A stretch of DNA of 64,000 bases from contig CM075991.1 in the NCBI GenBank assembly GCA_038087875.1, forward strand, positions 12,774,001 to 12,838,000. Reading direction: 5' to 3'. This DNA is from Malacoraja senta. Taxonomy: Eukaryota. The notes below the pieces were generated by a model. That model did no database searches. It saw nothing but the letters and a program-made list of their open reading frames with translations, and was not told the origin of the DNA. Below are positions 23,961 to 36,600 of the stretch, piece after piece; the first letter of the stretch is position 1, and each line of letters opens with the position of its first letter. The translations under genes were made by a program, and so were the position numbers.

Positions 23961-25987
23961 TCTGTGGAGGGAACTCTGCCACCTCTCCTGCCCCCGCCCG
24001 TCCCCACCACCACCTCACCTCCAGAGCTGTGGGGCCATTTAGCCCGAGTTAAGTAGGTGTCTCTGCCTTGATGTCTGAGGCAAGCAGTGGTAGCTTTGAC
24101 CGTGACGTTCTCTCTCAGAATGACAGACCGGGGTAGTGGACCATGAACCTTTCATCCTTACGGTTTAGATCCAGCGACTGGAAAGCCCTTGCAAGTCGGG
24201 TAGAAATAATTTGTGCTTTCTCAGCGTGGGAAATCTCCAAGCACTTGCTCATGGCTAATAGACACAGATTACCAGCACGATGCTAATGCGTTGACCAACC
24301 CTGTCCATGTAACAGTCAAAGGCAAAGATACTAGAGTAGCTATATAATCTTTGGTCAAAGGCCCCAAAGCCCGCCTGACTGAAGATTAGTGTCTCCCTCT
24401 TGTGGCCATCCAGAAAGCAGATGGGCCAGACCGTGTTCAGTTCAGCCAATCTCACCCAGCGGATTGAATATTGACTTCTCTAACTTCGTAACCCTTGCTT
24501 TCCCTCTCTCCACGTCCCTCCCCCACCCTAGTTCTCTGACTAGTTTCACTGCCCTCTTGATTAGTTTTACTGATTGTCACCTTCCCCATAGCTAACAATG
24601 AACCATTCTACATTTCCTTATCATCGTCTGCTTTGATCTGCCATTTTCACACCTTACCCTTCCATATGTCTCGTCTCCCTCACCCCTGACTCTCAGAGTG
24701 AAGAAGGGTCTCTCCAGAGATGCTGCCTGTCCTGCTGAGTTACTCCAGCAGTTTGTGACTTTTATGTTGCAGATCAGCACTTGCAGTTCCTTGTGTCTAT
24801 ATCAGAGAGGTGGTGCTCTGCATCCTCGTTGGTGGGCCGGGGGGGGGTGGAGTTGGGGTGGTGGGGGGTGAGGAGATGGAACGGCTGAGTGGATGGTACA
24901 CATTGTGTTGGGTCGGCAGGCAATGGATGATAACGTTGGTCGACAGGTAAATGCTGGAGTAACTCAGTGGGACAGGCAGCATCTCTGGAGAGAGGGAGAG
25001 CAAGAGTTACTGGAAGTTAGAGAAGTTTTGTGTTTCAGCCAAATGAGCTGCTTTGTGCTACATGTTGTTGAGGGTTACGTAATGTTGGAACTTCATTCAT
25101 CCGTTGCCATTGTAAGCTGTGTCTTGCAGATTGTTGCAAGGCTTTGTGTATTCAGGAGGTGAATGCCCAACATCTGAGCTGCTCCTGCAACTCCCAGACA
25201 ACTCAGTGATGATAACTAAGTTACTTGAAGCTGTAGAATTTGATGAGTGTAGAGGCTGCACGTGCCCTGGCAGTAGGTGGTGATCTTCTTCAAGCTCACA
25301 CGGATCATGTTGCAACAGTACAGACAGGCCCCTATCAGAGGGGGGGGCAACGAGTGCCATTTGGCAGGGCCTCATGCCTGTCTGCTTCAAAGGGATCTTA
25401 GTTTGGGGGCCTCAGTTCATCTATGAGAGGGCCTGAGTACAGGCGGCCACTGATGGGGAGGTCAGGGTGGGAGTGGGATAAATAATGAAAGTGGCAGCAG
25501 ACAGGAGACTCGGGGTCACTCCTGTGGACTAGATACAGGAGCTTCAGAAAGTGGTGACCCAGCCTGGGTTTGGTTTATACCTTCTCGAGGGGACTATATT
25601 GTGACAAGTGAGTGAAGTGTACTGGATTAGAAGGAGTGCTGGTGAGTTACCACCTTTTACGGCATTTTCTGAAGCAATCGCAAGAGATACCAGACTTTGT
25701 CCTCTCTTCCCACTGTCCAGTATCTAAACAATCCTGTGTCGGAAGGAACTGCAGATGCTGGTTTAAACTGTAGACACAAAAAGGTGGAGTAACTCAGGCA
25801 GAAACGTCACCTAAACAAGCCTTGCAGGTGCAGCTCCAGTGTGCCTCCAGTATTTACTGTGTACACATCACTCTGGTAATGATTGGCCAGTTATTGACTA
25901 TCTGGATTTGATCGATCTTGTTATTTGTGAACCTGACAAACCTGGGCAACTTTCCACATCACTGAATAGATGCAGGTGTGGTACCTG

Positions 25988-26187
25988 TAATGGGCCTGTC
26001 CCACTTAGGTGATTTTTTGGGAGACCACAGGCAACTGCCGCAAAATTTTCAGCATATTGAAACTTTTTCGGCGACAGTGGCGATAATTTTGCGGTGGTAG
26101 GTTGTCGCCAGGTGTCGTAGGTGAATTCCATTAAAATTAGTCCCTAGCAGTCGCCTGAAGAGTTGCCTAAGTGGGACAGGCCCATTA
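25988..26187. mobile_element. MITE-like non-autonomous DNA transposon
   Basis: Perfect 22-bp terminal inverted repeats taatgggcctgtcccacttagg / cctaagtgggacaggcccatta around about 155 bp of non-coding sequence. Confidence 0.8.
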
Positions 26188-26602
26188 CTGTAGGCTAGAA
26201 ACACAGGTAATTCTGGAGAATATGCTTTCGGTACTACAGTCGGGGTGTTGTCTATTCTGCTGCATCAAGTGTTCTCAACTGTTTAGAACATAGAAGAGTA
26301 CAGCACAAGAACAGGCCCTTCGGCCCACAATGTCTGTGCCAAACATGAAGCTTATCTACCTGCTCAACGCCTTTCTTCTATGGATGCAAAAACAAAACGT
26401 TTGTTTAAATATTAGTAACAGACAAACCAATCCAGGCTGTGTGTGTGTGTGACTCTTCATGTACGGCATGAGGCGAGACTGGAATGGGGCTGCACGTTAG
26501 AGTATCCAAACAAACGGACGAATTATCAGTGAACAACACAAAGGGAGGAATTTGGAAGAAAATGATCATGTGAAGGAATAATGAACCTTATATGAGGCCA
26601 GA

Positions 26603-26783
26603 GGACCACACAGTGGAGCTCCGCTGTGGAGCCACTTGTCACACCAGCGGACCACACCGTGGATCTCCGCTGTGGAGCCACTTGTCACACTAGAGGACCA
26701 CACCGTGGAGCTCCGCTGTGGAGCTACTTGTCACACCAGGGGACCACACCTTGGAGCTCCGCTGTGGAGCCACTTGTCACATC
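26603..26783. repeat. 46-bp tandem repeat x4
   Basis: ggaccacac.. at 26603, 26649, 26695, 26741. Confidence 0.9.
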
Positions 26784-26785
26784 AG

Positions 26786-27205
26786 AGTTCATTTAGAAGG
26801 TTGAGGGGGGACCTCATTGAAACGTATCGAATAGTGAAAGGTCTGGATAGAGTGGATGTGGAGCGGATGTTCCCACTAGTCTAGACTTTGGTCTCGGACC
26901 AGAGGGCACAGCCTCAGAATAAAAGGATGTACCTTTAGGAAGGAGACGAGGAGGAATTTCTTTAGTCAGGGGGTGGTGAATCTGTGGAATTCATTGCCAT
27001 AGACGGCTGTGGAGGCCAAGTCAGTGGATATTTTTTAGGCAGAGATAGATAGATTCTTGATTAGTATGGGTATGAGGGGTTATGAGGAGAAGGCAGGAGA
27101 ATGGGGTTAGGAAGGAGAGATAGATCAGCCATGATTGAATGGCGGAGTAGACTTGATGGGCCGAATGGTCTAATTCTGCTCCTATCACCTATGAACCTAT
27201 GAATT
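26786..27205 (+). mobile_element. CR1 LINE 3' fragment
   Basis: FRRLRGDLIETYRIVKGLDRVDVERMFPLV plus CR1 3' UTR. Confidence 0.85.
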
Positions 27206-30200
27206 TTCAATGATTCAATGTTGCTGCCAACGTAACTCTGGTGCAGCAAGTGACAGCCGAGATTTACACGCCAACCGCTGGCCCTCCATGCTTGCGGCAT
27301 CAACTTAAAATGTGGCACAACGGCCAGAAATAGATTTAGGAAGAATTGGGTTGAGAGACTGGCCTGAGTCAGTTAGCCGGCACCCAGTTCCCCTCGACAG
27401 GCACGTGAATGATTCCACTTCTTCATTCTGTAATGCTGTTGCAATGAGTGAGGCAGCGTGAGGAATAACCGTACAACAGTTAGATTCAGAGATCCGTGAT
27501 GGGGAGAGGGCTGAGATCACCAGGAGTTCCAGCTCATCTTCACCCTCCAGTCATCCCTCCTGGAGTCTGAAGAAGGGTCTCGACCTGAAACATCATCCAT
27601 TCCTGAGTCCCGCTGAGTTACTCCAGCATTTTGTGTCGAAATCTCCTGTAAACATCACACTTGGTTGTGTCGCTTCCAGGGCCAACGTCATTTAAGTCTC
27701 AACATGTGTTTTACATGAGAACATATAGAGATATTTAGCTCAGAAACAGGATCTTTGTTCTACTGAGAGACCACTTTGAATCATGTAGGTTTTAGTGTTT
27801 AGAACCTATCCTTCATGTAAGAATCATATTTGGTCTCTAACTTTCTAACAAGTTTAAGTGATAAATTCCAAATTTCTCTCCTGCCAGCTGTCAAGCACCG
27901 ACCCCACTAATCCCATTTCATTCTTCCCATTTTTTGATTTCTCCCCACAAATTCTACTAGGGACAATTCACAATTGCTGCTGGTCTATACATCTGGAGGA
28001 TGTGGGAGGAAAACAGAGGAAACTAAACGGCCACAAGGTAAACGTTCATAATGGGACGTGGAACAGTGGCAGCTGTGTTTGCTTTTAGGTTAGTTTAGTT
28101 TAGAGATACAGAGCAGAAACAGGCCCTTCAGCCCTTCAGTCCGTGCCAACCAGCGATCCCTGCAAACTAACACTATCCTACACACACTGGGGACAATTTA
28201 CATTTATACCAAGCCAATTAACGGTGAGAATGTACAAACTCCGTACAGACAGCACCCGTAGTCGGGATCGAACCCGGGTCTCTGGAGCCGTGAGGCAGCA
28301 GCTCTACCCGCTGCGCCTCCGTGCCGCCTCTGCCTCTGTGCTCCGTTTCATGTCCGTGAAGCAGTTCCCCAGGGAGAGACGAGCACATACAGAGAGGAGG
28401 AAAGTGGGAAAAGAAGCACAGTGCCTTTAAAAATGACCCAGGATTTAGTCCTGTTGCCCATTCAGACAAGAAGACTTGAATCTTTCACAGAACTCAGCAC
28501 GTTAAACTAAGGCAGAATGTTACAAAAGCCACAGTTTTACACTTTTTTCTGCCTGATAGGCAGTTAAGGGATGGTTATTTTGGTCATTGTGAGTGTGTTG
28601 TGCATGCTCAAATATTTGTAAAGCTACTTCACAGTGAGAACGCTTGCATCTGTTACAATATAGGTTGCACAACACAGCAGGGGAAGGAGCAATGTTACAC
28701 GTTGCCCTATCTTGCCCGAGCTAGATGCTTGCCCCTTTACCGGGGTTACGTCTGCGCCCGGGTGGACTTAGAGAGGGACATGGTTGTATAGTAGTTATTT
28801 AAGTCTATTTGTAAGGATTGTAACATAGTGGTTTGCACATTTAGATCATTTGGTGATTTTGGACTGTGGTGGTGGGTGTGGCACCACCGTTTGGTTTTTG
28901 CATCGTAATCGTAATAAAATTAATTATTTTTGATACAAAAAATAAGCTGCACTATCGTCACTTGTTCCGTCCTGTGGTTGCTTATTTGTTTCTCAGCCCT
29001 GCAAGGCTCAGTCAGACTGAGACCAGCTCACACCAAACACACATTCTGTCGCTTACTCTGTGAATGAGGAAGGCCATGTCTTTGTTTAAGAAAGAACTGC
29101 AGATGCTGGAAAAATCGAAGGTGGACAAAAATGCAGGAGAAACTCAGCGGGTGAGGCAGCATCTGGGAGCGAAGGAATAGGCGACGTTTCGGGTAGAGAC
29201 CCTTCTTCAGACCATGTCTTTGGCACCTTGTGAGAGGGAGGCCCATGTGCCAGATTCAGTAAAGATCTTACACTAGGAAGAGTAAATTAAATTAGGTTCT
29301 TGTTATCCATAAGACCATAAGACAGGAGCAGAATTAGGCCATTCAGCCCATAGAGTCTGCTCTGCCATTCGATCGTGGCTGATCTATCTTTCCCTCTCAA
29401 CACCATTCTCCTGCCTGCTCCTAACTAAGAAGAAGGGTTTCGGCCCAAAACGTTGCCTATTTCCTTCGCTCCATAGATGCTGCTGCACCCGCTGAGTTTC
29501 TCCAGCACTTTTGTCTACCAAGAACCTATCAATCTCCAATTTAACAATACTCAATGACCTGACACCACCCTCTGGATAAAGAAATTCCTCCTCATCTCTC
29601 CACATTAAAGGTACGGCTTTTTATTCTGAGGCTGTGCCCTCTGGTCCTAGACTCTCCCACTGGTGGAAGCGTTGTCTCCACGTCCACTCTGTCCAGGTCT
29701 TTGGCCTTTGGCCTTTGACATGTGGCTGTAGAGGGCGTGGATTTGCTCTGGTCTTGCTCGTGTCCAGTCAGATTTTATCACTCACACTCACCCTGGAAGA
29801 ATGGCTAATAGCGGTGACCCTCAAGAGCTGTACACTTACAGGAGAAGTGGGAGAAAAGACAGGGGTGGGGGGGTGGGGGAAGCAAACCGTTGTAGGTAAA
29901 GTTCATATGTTCACTGATATTCCAGAGCTGATCATGAACTGATGCTTTAGTGCAGAGGAGTAACGTCAACAATATCCATCTTCCAAAGAACTAGAAACAT
30001 AAAAGCTCACCTCGTTATTATCTTAAGCAGTGTGATCTACATTAACTAGTTTGTCCCATTTCTCTTGTTGTCTGAAGAAGGGTCTCAACCCGAAACATCA
30101 CCCATTCCTTCTCTCCACAGATGCTGCCTGTCCCTCTGAGTTACTCCTGCATTTTGCGTCTATCTTCGGTGTAAACCAGCATCTGCAGTTCCTTCCCACA

Positions 30201-30483
30201 CCTTGCTATATCACATATGGATGTGGTTAATGAAACTTTAGTCTAAGTGCAACGAATAATTCATTCTGTAGCCTGTATTGGAATGCTTGGTGGTCCAGTG
30301 TGAATGAGACTTTATATGGTGTATAATGTGTGTGTCTGAACTGGAGATGCTCGATACACATACATGTACATTGAAGCTCTTGTAACTAACACCGCGATCT
30401 CCCACTTTGTGGGGCACATGATTCACAGAAAAGGACAACAATTTAGCATGTTTTTGCTATTTTTTGTGTGGTTTTTCTAATAC

Positions 30484-30489
30484 TTTATT
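30484..30489 (-). terminator. Probable VAMP8 polyadenylation signal
   Basis: AATAAA on the minus strand about 190 nt after the stop. Confidence 0.6.
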
Positions 30490-30677
30490 GTCAACTTTCA
30501 CATTAGGAAGTTTTTACAAAGAAATTGATATGTCTGAGTACAGCTGAATCTATCCATAAAGTATACAGATCAAAATGAACGGTGAAACATCTACATCATT
30601 GACAATAGGTTGGTTAACTGGAAGAATAAACTGATGATATTATAGCCAAGAAACAATGAGCTGAGAAACGTCAATGG

Positions 30678-30821
30678 TTAGGACGGGATGACATGTGTGG
30701 CAAAGAGAATGATCAAGGTCAGGATAATAACGACAATGATCACAAGGATAATTATCATCTTGGTATTTTTCCACCAGTATTTCCGTGCCACTTTCTGTGA
30801 CGTGGTCTTGAAGTGTTCTGA
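30678..30821 (-). CDS. VAMP8: VAMP8 (endobrevin) last exon with TM helix
   Basis: tctttgcag|TCA...[50 protein letters not shown]. Confidence 0.95.
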   Translation of the reverse strand, partial: SEHFKTTSQKVARKYWWKNTKMIIILVIIVVIILTLIILFATHVIPS

Positions 30822-31888
30822 CTGCAAAGAAAAGTGTAAATACTGGTTACATGAAACTGGCACCCAGTCCTGGTGATCGATCACATTCCTACTCCTGGAA
30901 CTACTGTGGCTAACAGTTCACCAATGCCTCCACTTTAAAACTCTCACTGTAAACTCCACACCGAGATGTCTCATCTCCACCTCCCTCCCCTTATTAAGGA
31001 ACATTTAATAAACATAATGTAATTGATATTTTAGTTATTATAACCTCAAGACTTTCAAGGCACTTTGTACGTAAGTGTGACAATCATTTTGGTAAAGGGA
31101 TAAATATTTTGCAGAAAATTGAAAGTGTTTTTGCTGTTCTTTAGACCTTGCCACAAGAACTTAAACAATCCCCAGAAATACTAAGGAATCCAGACCTGGT
31201 GTGAGAACCTGGTCCTGGACCGTCTATAATTCTGTTGTGCTGAAGCAAAGCAACAATGTCATTGTCCTATCTGGGACACATGACAATAAACTCTCTTGAA
31301 TCTTGAAGCTCAATTTGTCACCGAGTTTAACTAAATGCAACTCAAGGAGGGTTTCCAGGACTACCTGTGTAATAATCACCAACGTACACTGCTAAACACT
31401 TTAACTCCCCCTCCCATTCCCACATTGACCTTTCTGTCCTGGGCCTCCTCCACTGTCAGAGTGAGGCCCAGCGCAAATTGGAGGAACAGCATCTCATATT
31501 TTGCTTGGGTAGCTTACACCCCAGCGGTCTGAATATTGACTTCTCTAACTTCAAGTAGCCCTTGCATCCCCTCTCTCTCTCCGTCCCACCCCCACATACG
31601 TTGTTGCACTAGTTACAAAGTCGCCTTGTTGAGTCTCATTGTCTGTAACTCATTTTCACCTAGCCCACAGCTAACAATTACTTGTTTCCTTTATCATCAT
31701 TACTTTTTTGTATATCTTTCATTCGTTCTATATCTCTCTATATCACCACCTATATCTCTTGTTTCCCTTTTCCCTGACTCTCAGTCTGAAGAAAGGTCTC
31801 CACCCAAAACGTCACCTATTCCTTTTCTCCAGAGATGCTGCCTGACCCACTGAGTCACTCCAGCATTTTGTGTCTGTCTGCAACTTAC

Positions 31889-32041
31889 ACTGGCTTGCAG
31901 GTCATCAGTCTTGTTCATAAGGTCATCCAGCTTCTCACCACGTGCCAGTATCCGGTCGACATTCTCGGACATGATGGTCTTCACTCCTTCCACGTCACTC
32001 TGGAGGCTCCGTACACGGCCATCGTTTACACGGTTGTCCGC
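31889..32041 (-). CDS. VAMP8: VAMP8 exon 2 (SNARE motif)
   Basis: tttgccag|GCG...AGT|gtaagt; ADNRVNDGRVRSLQSDVEGVKTIMSENVDRILARGEKLDDLMNKTDDLQAS; phase 0/0. Confidence 0.95.
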
Positions 32042-32330
32042 CTGGCAAAGAGAACACAGCAGTGGTCAACACAGTGGACAAGAGTCGGCAGGTCACATCG
32101 AGAATGGACACGACACAGAACGGTCAGCATCGGTCAATGGAGCATCTTCATGAGGCACTGCCCCAAGACGGCAGCATCCGTCATCAATGATCCCCCCCCA
32201 TCCAGACCATGCCCTCTTCTCCCTGCTACATCGGGCAGGAAGTACAGAAGCCTCAAGTCCCACAACACCAGGTTCAACTGCAGATACTTTCCCACTTTAT
32301 CAGATTCTTGAACCAACCTCCACAGCGAGT

Positions 32331-32635
32331 GGCACGGTGGCGCAGCGGGTAGAGTTGCTGCCTCACAGCGCCAGAGACCCGGGTTCGATCCTGACTATGG
32401 GTGCTGTCGGTACGGAGTTTGCACGTTCTCCCCGTGACATGCATGGGTTTTCTCCGAGATCTTCGGTTTCCTCCCACACTCCAAAGACATGCAGGTTTGT
32501 AGGTTAATTGGCTTGGTATAAATGTAAATTGTCCCTAGTGTGTGTCTGATAGTGTTAATGCGCGGGGATCGCTGGTCGGCGCGGACTCGGTGGGCCGAAG
32601 GGCCTGTTTCCACGCTGTATCTCTATAAACTAAAC
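32331..32635 (+). mobile_element. tRNA-derived SINE (HE1/V-SINE type), full length; a related SINE follows at 32808-33020
   Basis: A box tggcgcagcgggtag, B box ggttcgatcc, conserved core, CR1-like tail ending taaactaaact. Confidence 0.87.
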
Positions 32636-33694
32636 TCTGATCTCACCTCGGCAATAGAACTCTCCATCCCACCCCTTGCACGATCACTAAGCTTTTCTTC
32701 TTTTCTAATTATGTTATTTTTCAGAATCTTTTAGAATTTTAAGTGTCATTTTTGTATAATTTGTGGTTATTTTTGTATGTTTGTCTGTATCTATGTGTAT
32801 GTAGGGTGGCACTGTGACACAGCGGGTAGAGCTGCTGCCTTCCACCGCCAGAGACCCAGGTTCGATCCCGACCATGGGCGCTGTCTGTATGGAGTTTGCA
32901 TGTTCTCCCCGTGACCGCATGGGTTTTCTCCGGGTGCTCCGGTTTCCTCCCACATTCCAAAGACGTGCGGGTTTGTAGGTTATTTGGCTTCTGTAAATTG
33001 TCCCTAGTGTGTAGGGATAGAATTCATCGTCACCATTCAGCAGCAAAAGAAACAACGGTCAGTCATTAATATCTCGGTCATCTGCAACTAATTTAAAATA
33101 AAATAACAAGGGTGCAATTACAGCCTTTTATCCAAGTTTCACGTAGAAATGATTTGAAGTATTTTACCTATAAAAACTCCATGGGGTCAGATAAATGGGA
33201 CAACATCAGAGGGATGTACATCTGGCCAACGTGTTCAGCTCGGCTCATTTCATCTTCAGTACTCTGGCATTATATAAACAACAACAGCATTGATTCAATG
33301 CCCATCTTTATACTGCCTGGTTCCAATTAGTTCAAGATATGTAACAGGTTGAACCAGAATTTTGCCCTAACCTACGACAGCCAGCATTCACCACATACCA
33401 CTGACGCAGGATGTTTAAGGGAGATTCCAGTTTCTGTCTCGGTGAGATTAAATGACATTTGGACTGGTACGTGAATAGGACATGTATAGAGGGACATGGG
33501 CCAATCGCGGGCAGGTGGGACTAGTGTAGTTGGGGCATCTTGGTTGGCAAGGGCAAGTTGGGCCAAAGGGTCTGTCTTCATGCTGTTTGACTCTACGCCT
33601 CTTAGTGGGATAACATTTGCCAATGTTGCAGATCATAGACCAATATCAGCAGGTATCCCCATTAATGAAGAGGTCTGAAGAAGATTCTCCACCC

Positions 33695-33962
33695 GAAACG
33701 TCACCTATCCATGTTCTCCACAGATGCTGCCTGACCCGCTGAGTTACTCCAGCACTGTGTCTGTGAAACGTCACCTATCCATGTTCTCCACAGATGCTGC
33801 CTGACCCGCTGAGTTACTCCAGCACTCTGTGAAATGTCACCTATCCATGTTCTCCACAGATGCTGCCTGACCCGCTGAGTTACTCCAGCACTCTGTGAAA
33901 CGTCACCTATCCATGTTCTCCACAGATGCTGCCTGACCCGCTGAGTTACTCCAGCACTCTGT
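33695..33962 (+). repeat. 66-bp tandem array x4 of Penelope pLTR sequence
   Basis: Units start at 33695, 33765, 33831, 33897 (first unit 70 bp). Confidence 0.92.
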
Positions 33963-36585
33963 GTCTATCTCCAGCAATGGCCCTGGTTAAGGCAGTGCTG
34001 TGCCACTGTGGGAGCTCTGCTGAGTATCGCGTTACCAAGACATAACGAGGTGGGCGAGCTATGGTCAGCAACAGGAACAGCCACTCGCAGCTCGCTATCA
34101 AGTGATTGTCCCTTCAGTTGTGTGTTCACACTCACTAGAGGCCACGTGTCACTTGTCACACTGACCAACTGTTTGGGAGGGAGCGTGTTGTGTACGACAT
34201 GCTCACAATGTGGTCTCCTCAACAAGACACCATTTATTACCCATCCCTCGTGATGAGATCCTATTGAAACATACAGAATAGCAAGACGGCTGATGGGTCA
34301 GAAGTATCCCCTGACCCACGAGTCTCAGACCAGCAGTAGCTTCACAATAAGGGGTAGCTCTTTTAGGACTAAGGCCAGGCAGAATTAGCTCACTCCCTGA
34401 GGCTGCTGTATCTTTGAAATTGGTGGCACTGGCCAGAGATGGTGAACCCCAGTTGTTTTCCTTCAAAGGAGAAGTTGATCATGATTTCTGGACATCAAAG
34501 AATCATGGAATATGAGGATACCTCTGGAAAACGGGGCAGGGGTAAAATCAGCATAATCTTGCAGAATGTGAGTTCTGCACGTGTCAGCGTCTGTTACTTT
34601 CACAATAACATTCATTATCAGATATTGCAGAAGAGTCGAGTCGAGAGTGTTTTATTGTCATTTGCCCCGAAACAGAACAATGCAATTCTCACTGCCCCAT
34701 AATATTCCGAGCATGTCACACAGGGTAGTGAATTCACCTTGAAATATCAGACATTTCAGCTGCAGTACATTTCCAATCTGTAACATCGGCCAGTCCCACC
34801 ATTTTACAATCCAATCCTAGCTTGATTCAGCGAGGCACATTGGAACACACACTCTGTTCCGTCACATAGTTGACACATTGAGAGGGTTTCTCCCCAATCT
34901 ACCTGGTCTTTTAGGTGAATGAGATGAGTACAGTATTTGCACGGCCTGAGGAACAAACCTCCTGTGCAGAGTGAGTAGATAATGGCCACATTGTCAAAGA
35001 GTCACAGAGTGATACAACATGGAAACAGGCCCTTCGGCCCAACTTGCCCACACCGGCCAACATGTCCCAGTTACACTAGTCCCACCTGCCTGCACTTGGT
35101 CCATATCCCTCCAAACCTGTCCGATCCATGTATCTGTTTAACTGTTTCTTAAACGTTGGGATTGTCCCAGCCTCAACTACCTCCTCTGGCAGCTTGCTCC
35201 ATACACCCACCACCCTTTGTGTGAAAAGGTTACCCCTCAGGTTCCTATTAAATCTTTTCCCCTTCACCTTGAACCTATTGTGATGATGTTACACAAGGGG
35301 AAGACTATGCTGTCTCACCGCAATGGAGATACTTTCCTGCTGCAAATGTACAATTAGCCAAGCTCCAGGAACTTGCCCTGGGTGAATGTTTCAGGTGCAA
35401 TGTCATAGTGAGATTTATTGTGTCAGATAGTCAGAGTTGGGCAAGGCAAGCCTCTGTCGCAGTAACTCATCACCCACTCCGTCTCTCCAGAGATGCTACC
35501 TGTCCCAGCTTTTACTCCAGCTTTTTGTGTCTATCTTCGGTTTAAACCAGCATCTGCAGTTCCTTCCTAAACACAAGGCTCTATCGCAAATCTGTAAACA
35601 CCGAATTCTCCAATCTCAGTAACGAAACAACAAACCATCCCCTTCTCTCTCCCCCCCCCTCTTCCCTGTACCCCTCCTAGACACACAACCAGTTCTCCTC
35701 TCCCCCTTCACTTCCACCTACATTCTTTCCTCTGGCTTCACAATTCACACTTCTTCTATCCTCATCTCACCCCTTGAGTCTTTTCATCTCTGGCCCTTGT
35801 CCAAACATTTGCCCATAACCCTCCCCCCCCCTTATCTCTATCCACCTATCACTCGCCAGGCTTTGTCCTGCCCCTCCTCTCTTCCAGCTTTCTCCCCCCA
35901 CCACAAACAATCTGAAGAAGCGTCCCAACCTGAAACGTCACCTATCCATGTTCTCCACAGATGCTGCCTGACCCGCTGAGTTACTCCAGCACCTTTTGTA
36001 TTTTTTCTACAAGATTGCAATATAAGGATGGGCCTTTAGTGTTTTAAACCACACGGTGACAGACCAGTATCCATGACAGAGGGGCCTGCACCTACACAGA
36101 TTGTTGGCACTGAAAAAGTAATCATTTTTGGTTAATTAGATTAATGGTGTCCATTCGGCCCCTTGTGTCTCTTCTAGCTCTTTGAAAGGGGAATCCATTT
36201 TTCACAAGGCAATGAGATAAAGGTAAATACAACAAACCAAGGCGTTTTCCCACAAAGAGAGATCATCAGGTGTGTCAAAAGAAACCAGAAAACAAAGGGT
36301 GCAGCATATTTTACAGAGAATCAAAGCAAGAATTCAGCGTACATGACGCTCGATAGAAAGCCATAAGGAATTACTCCTTGTATGTAGCAGGATATCTGGC
36401 AAAGGGGGCTGTTCTGTGAAGAACGAGCTCCACCAGTGAACAAGCTCACCGGCCGACTGTGGACAAACTGCCTCCAACTCTGGGCCTGTCGGTCTGAAGT
36501 CAGCAGGAGCTAATAAACACAGCACAGAGCAGTGAAAGCTGCTGACAAACTTCTAATACACGACCACACTCCCACTTCTACTTAC

Positions 36586-36600
36586 TGTGGCTGCTGCCAT
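36586..36600 (-). CDS. VAMP8: Probable VAMP8 first coding exon (MAAAT)
   Basis: aatcATGGCAGCAGCCACA|gtaagt: strong Kozak context, consensus donor, phase 0 matching exon 2; ETS-like GGAAG motifs just upstream (about 36695-36742). Gives a 103-aa protein. Confidence 0.65.

Noticed and set aside
25097..25390. 97-aa minus-strand ORF between VAMP5 and VAMP8
   Set aside because: No recognisable domain or convincing splice context.
28690..29045. Possible solo LTR (tgttaca..., AATAAA)
   Set aside because: Could not define matching termini or a TSD.
32331..32400. tRNA-like sequence with A and B boxes (several copies)
   Set aside because: SINE heads that run into the SINE core and CR1-like tail; no complete cloverleaf.
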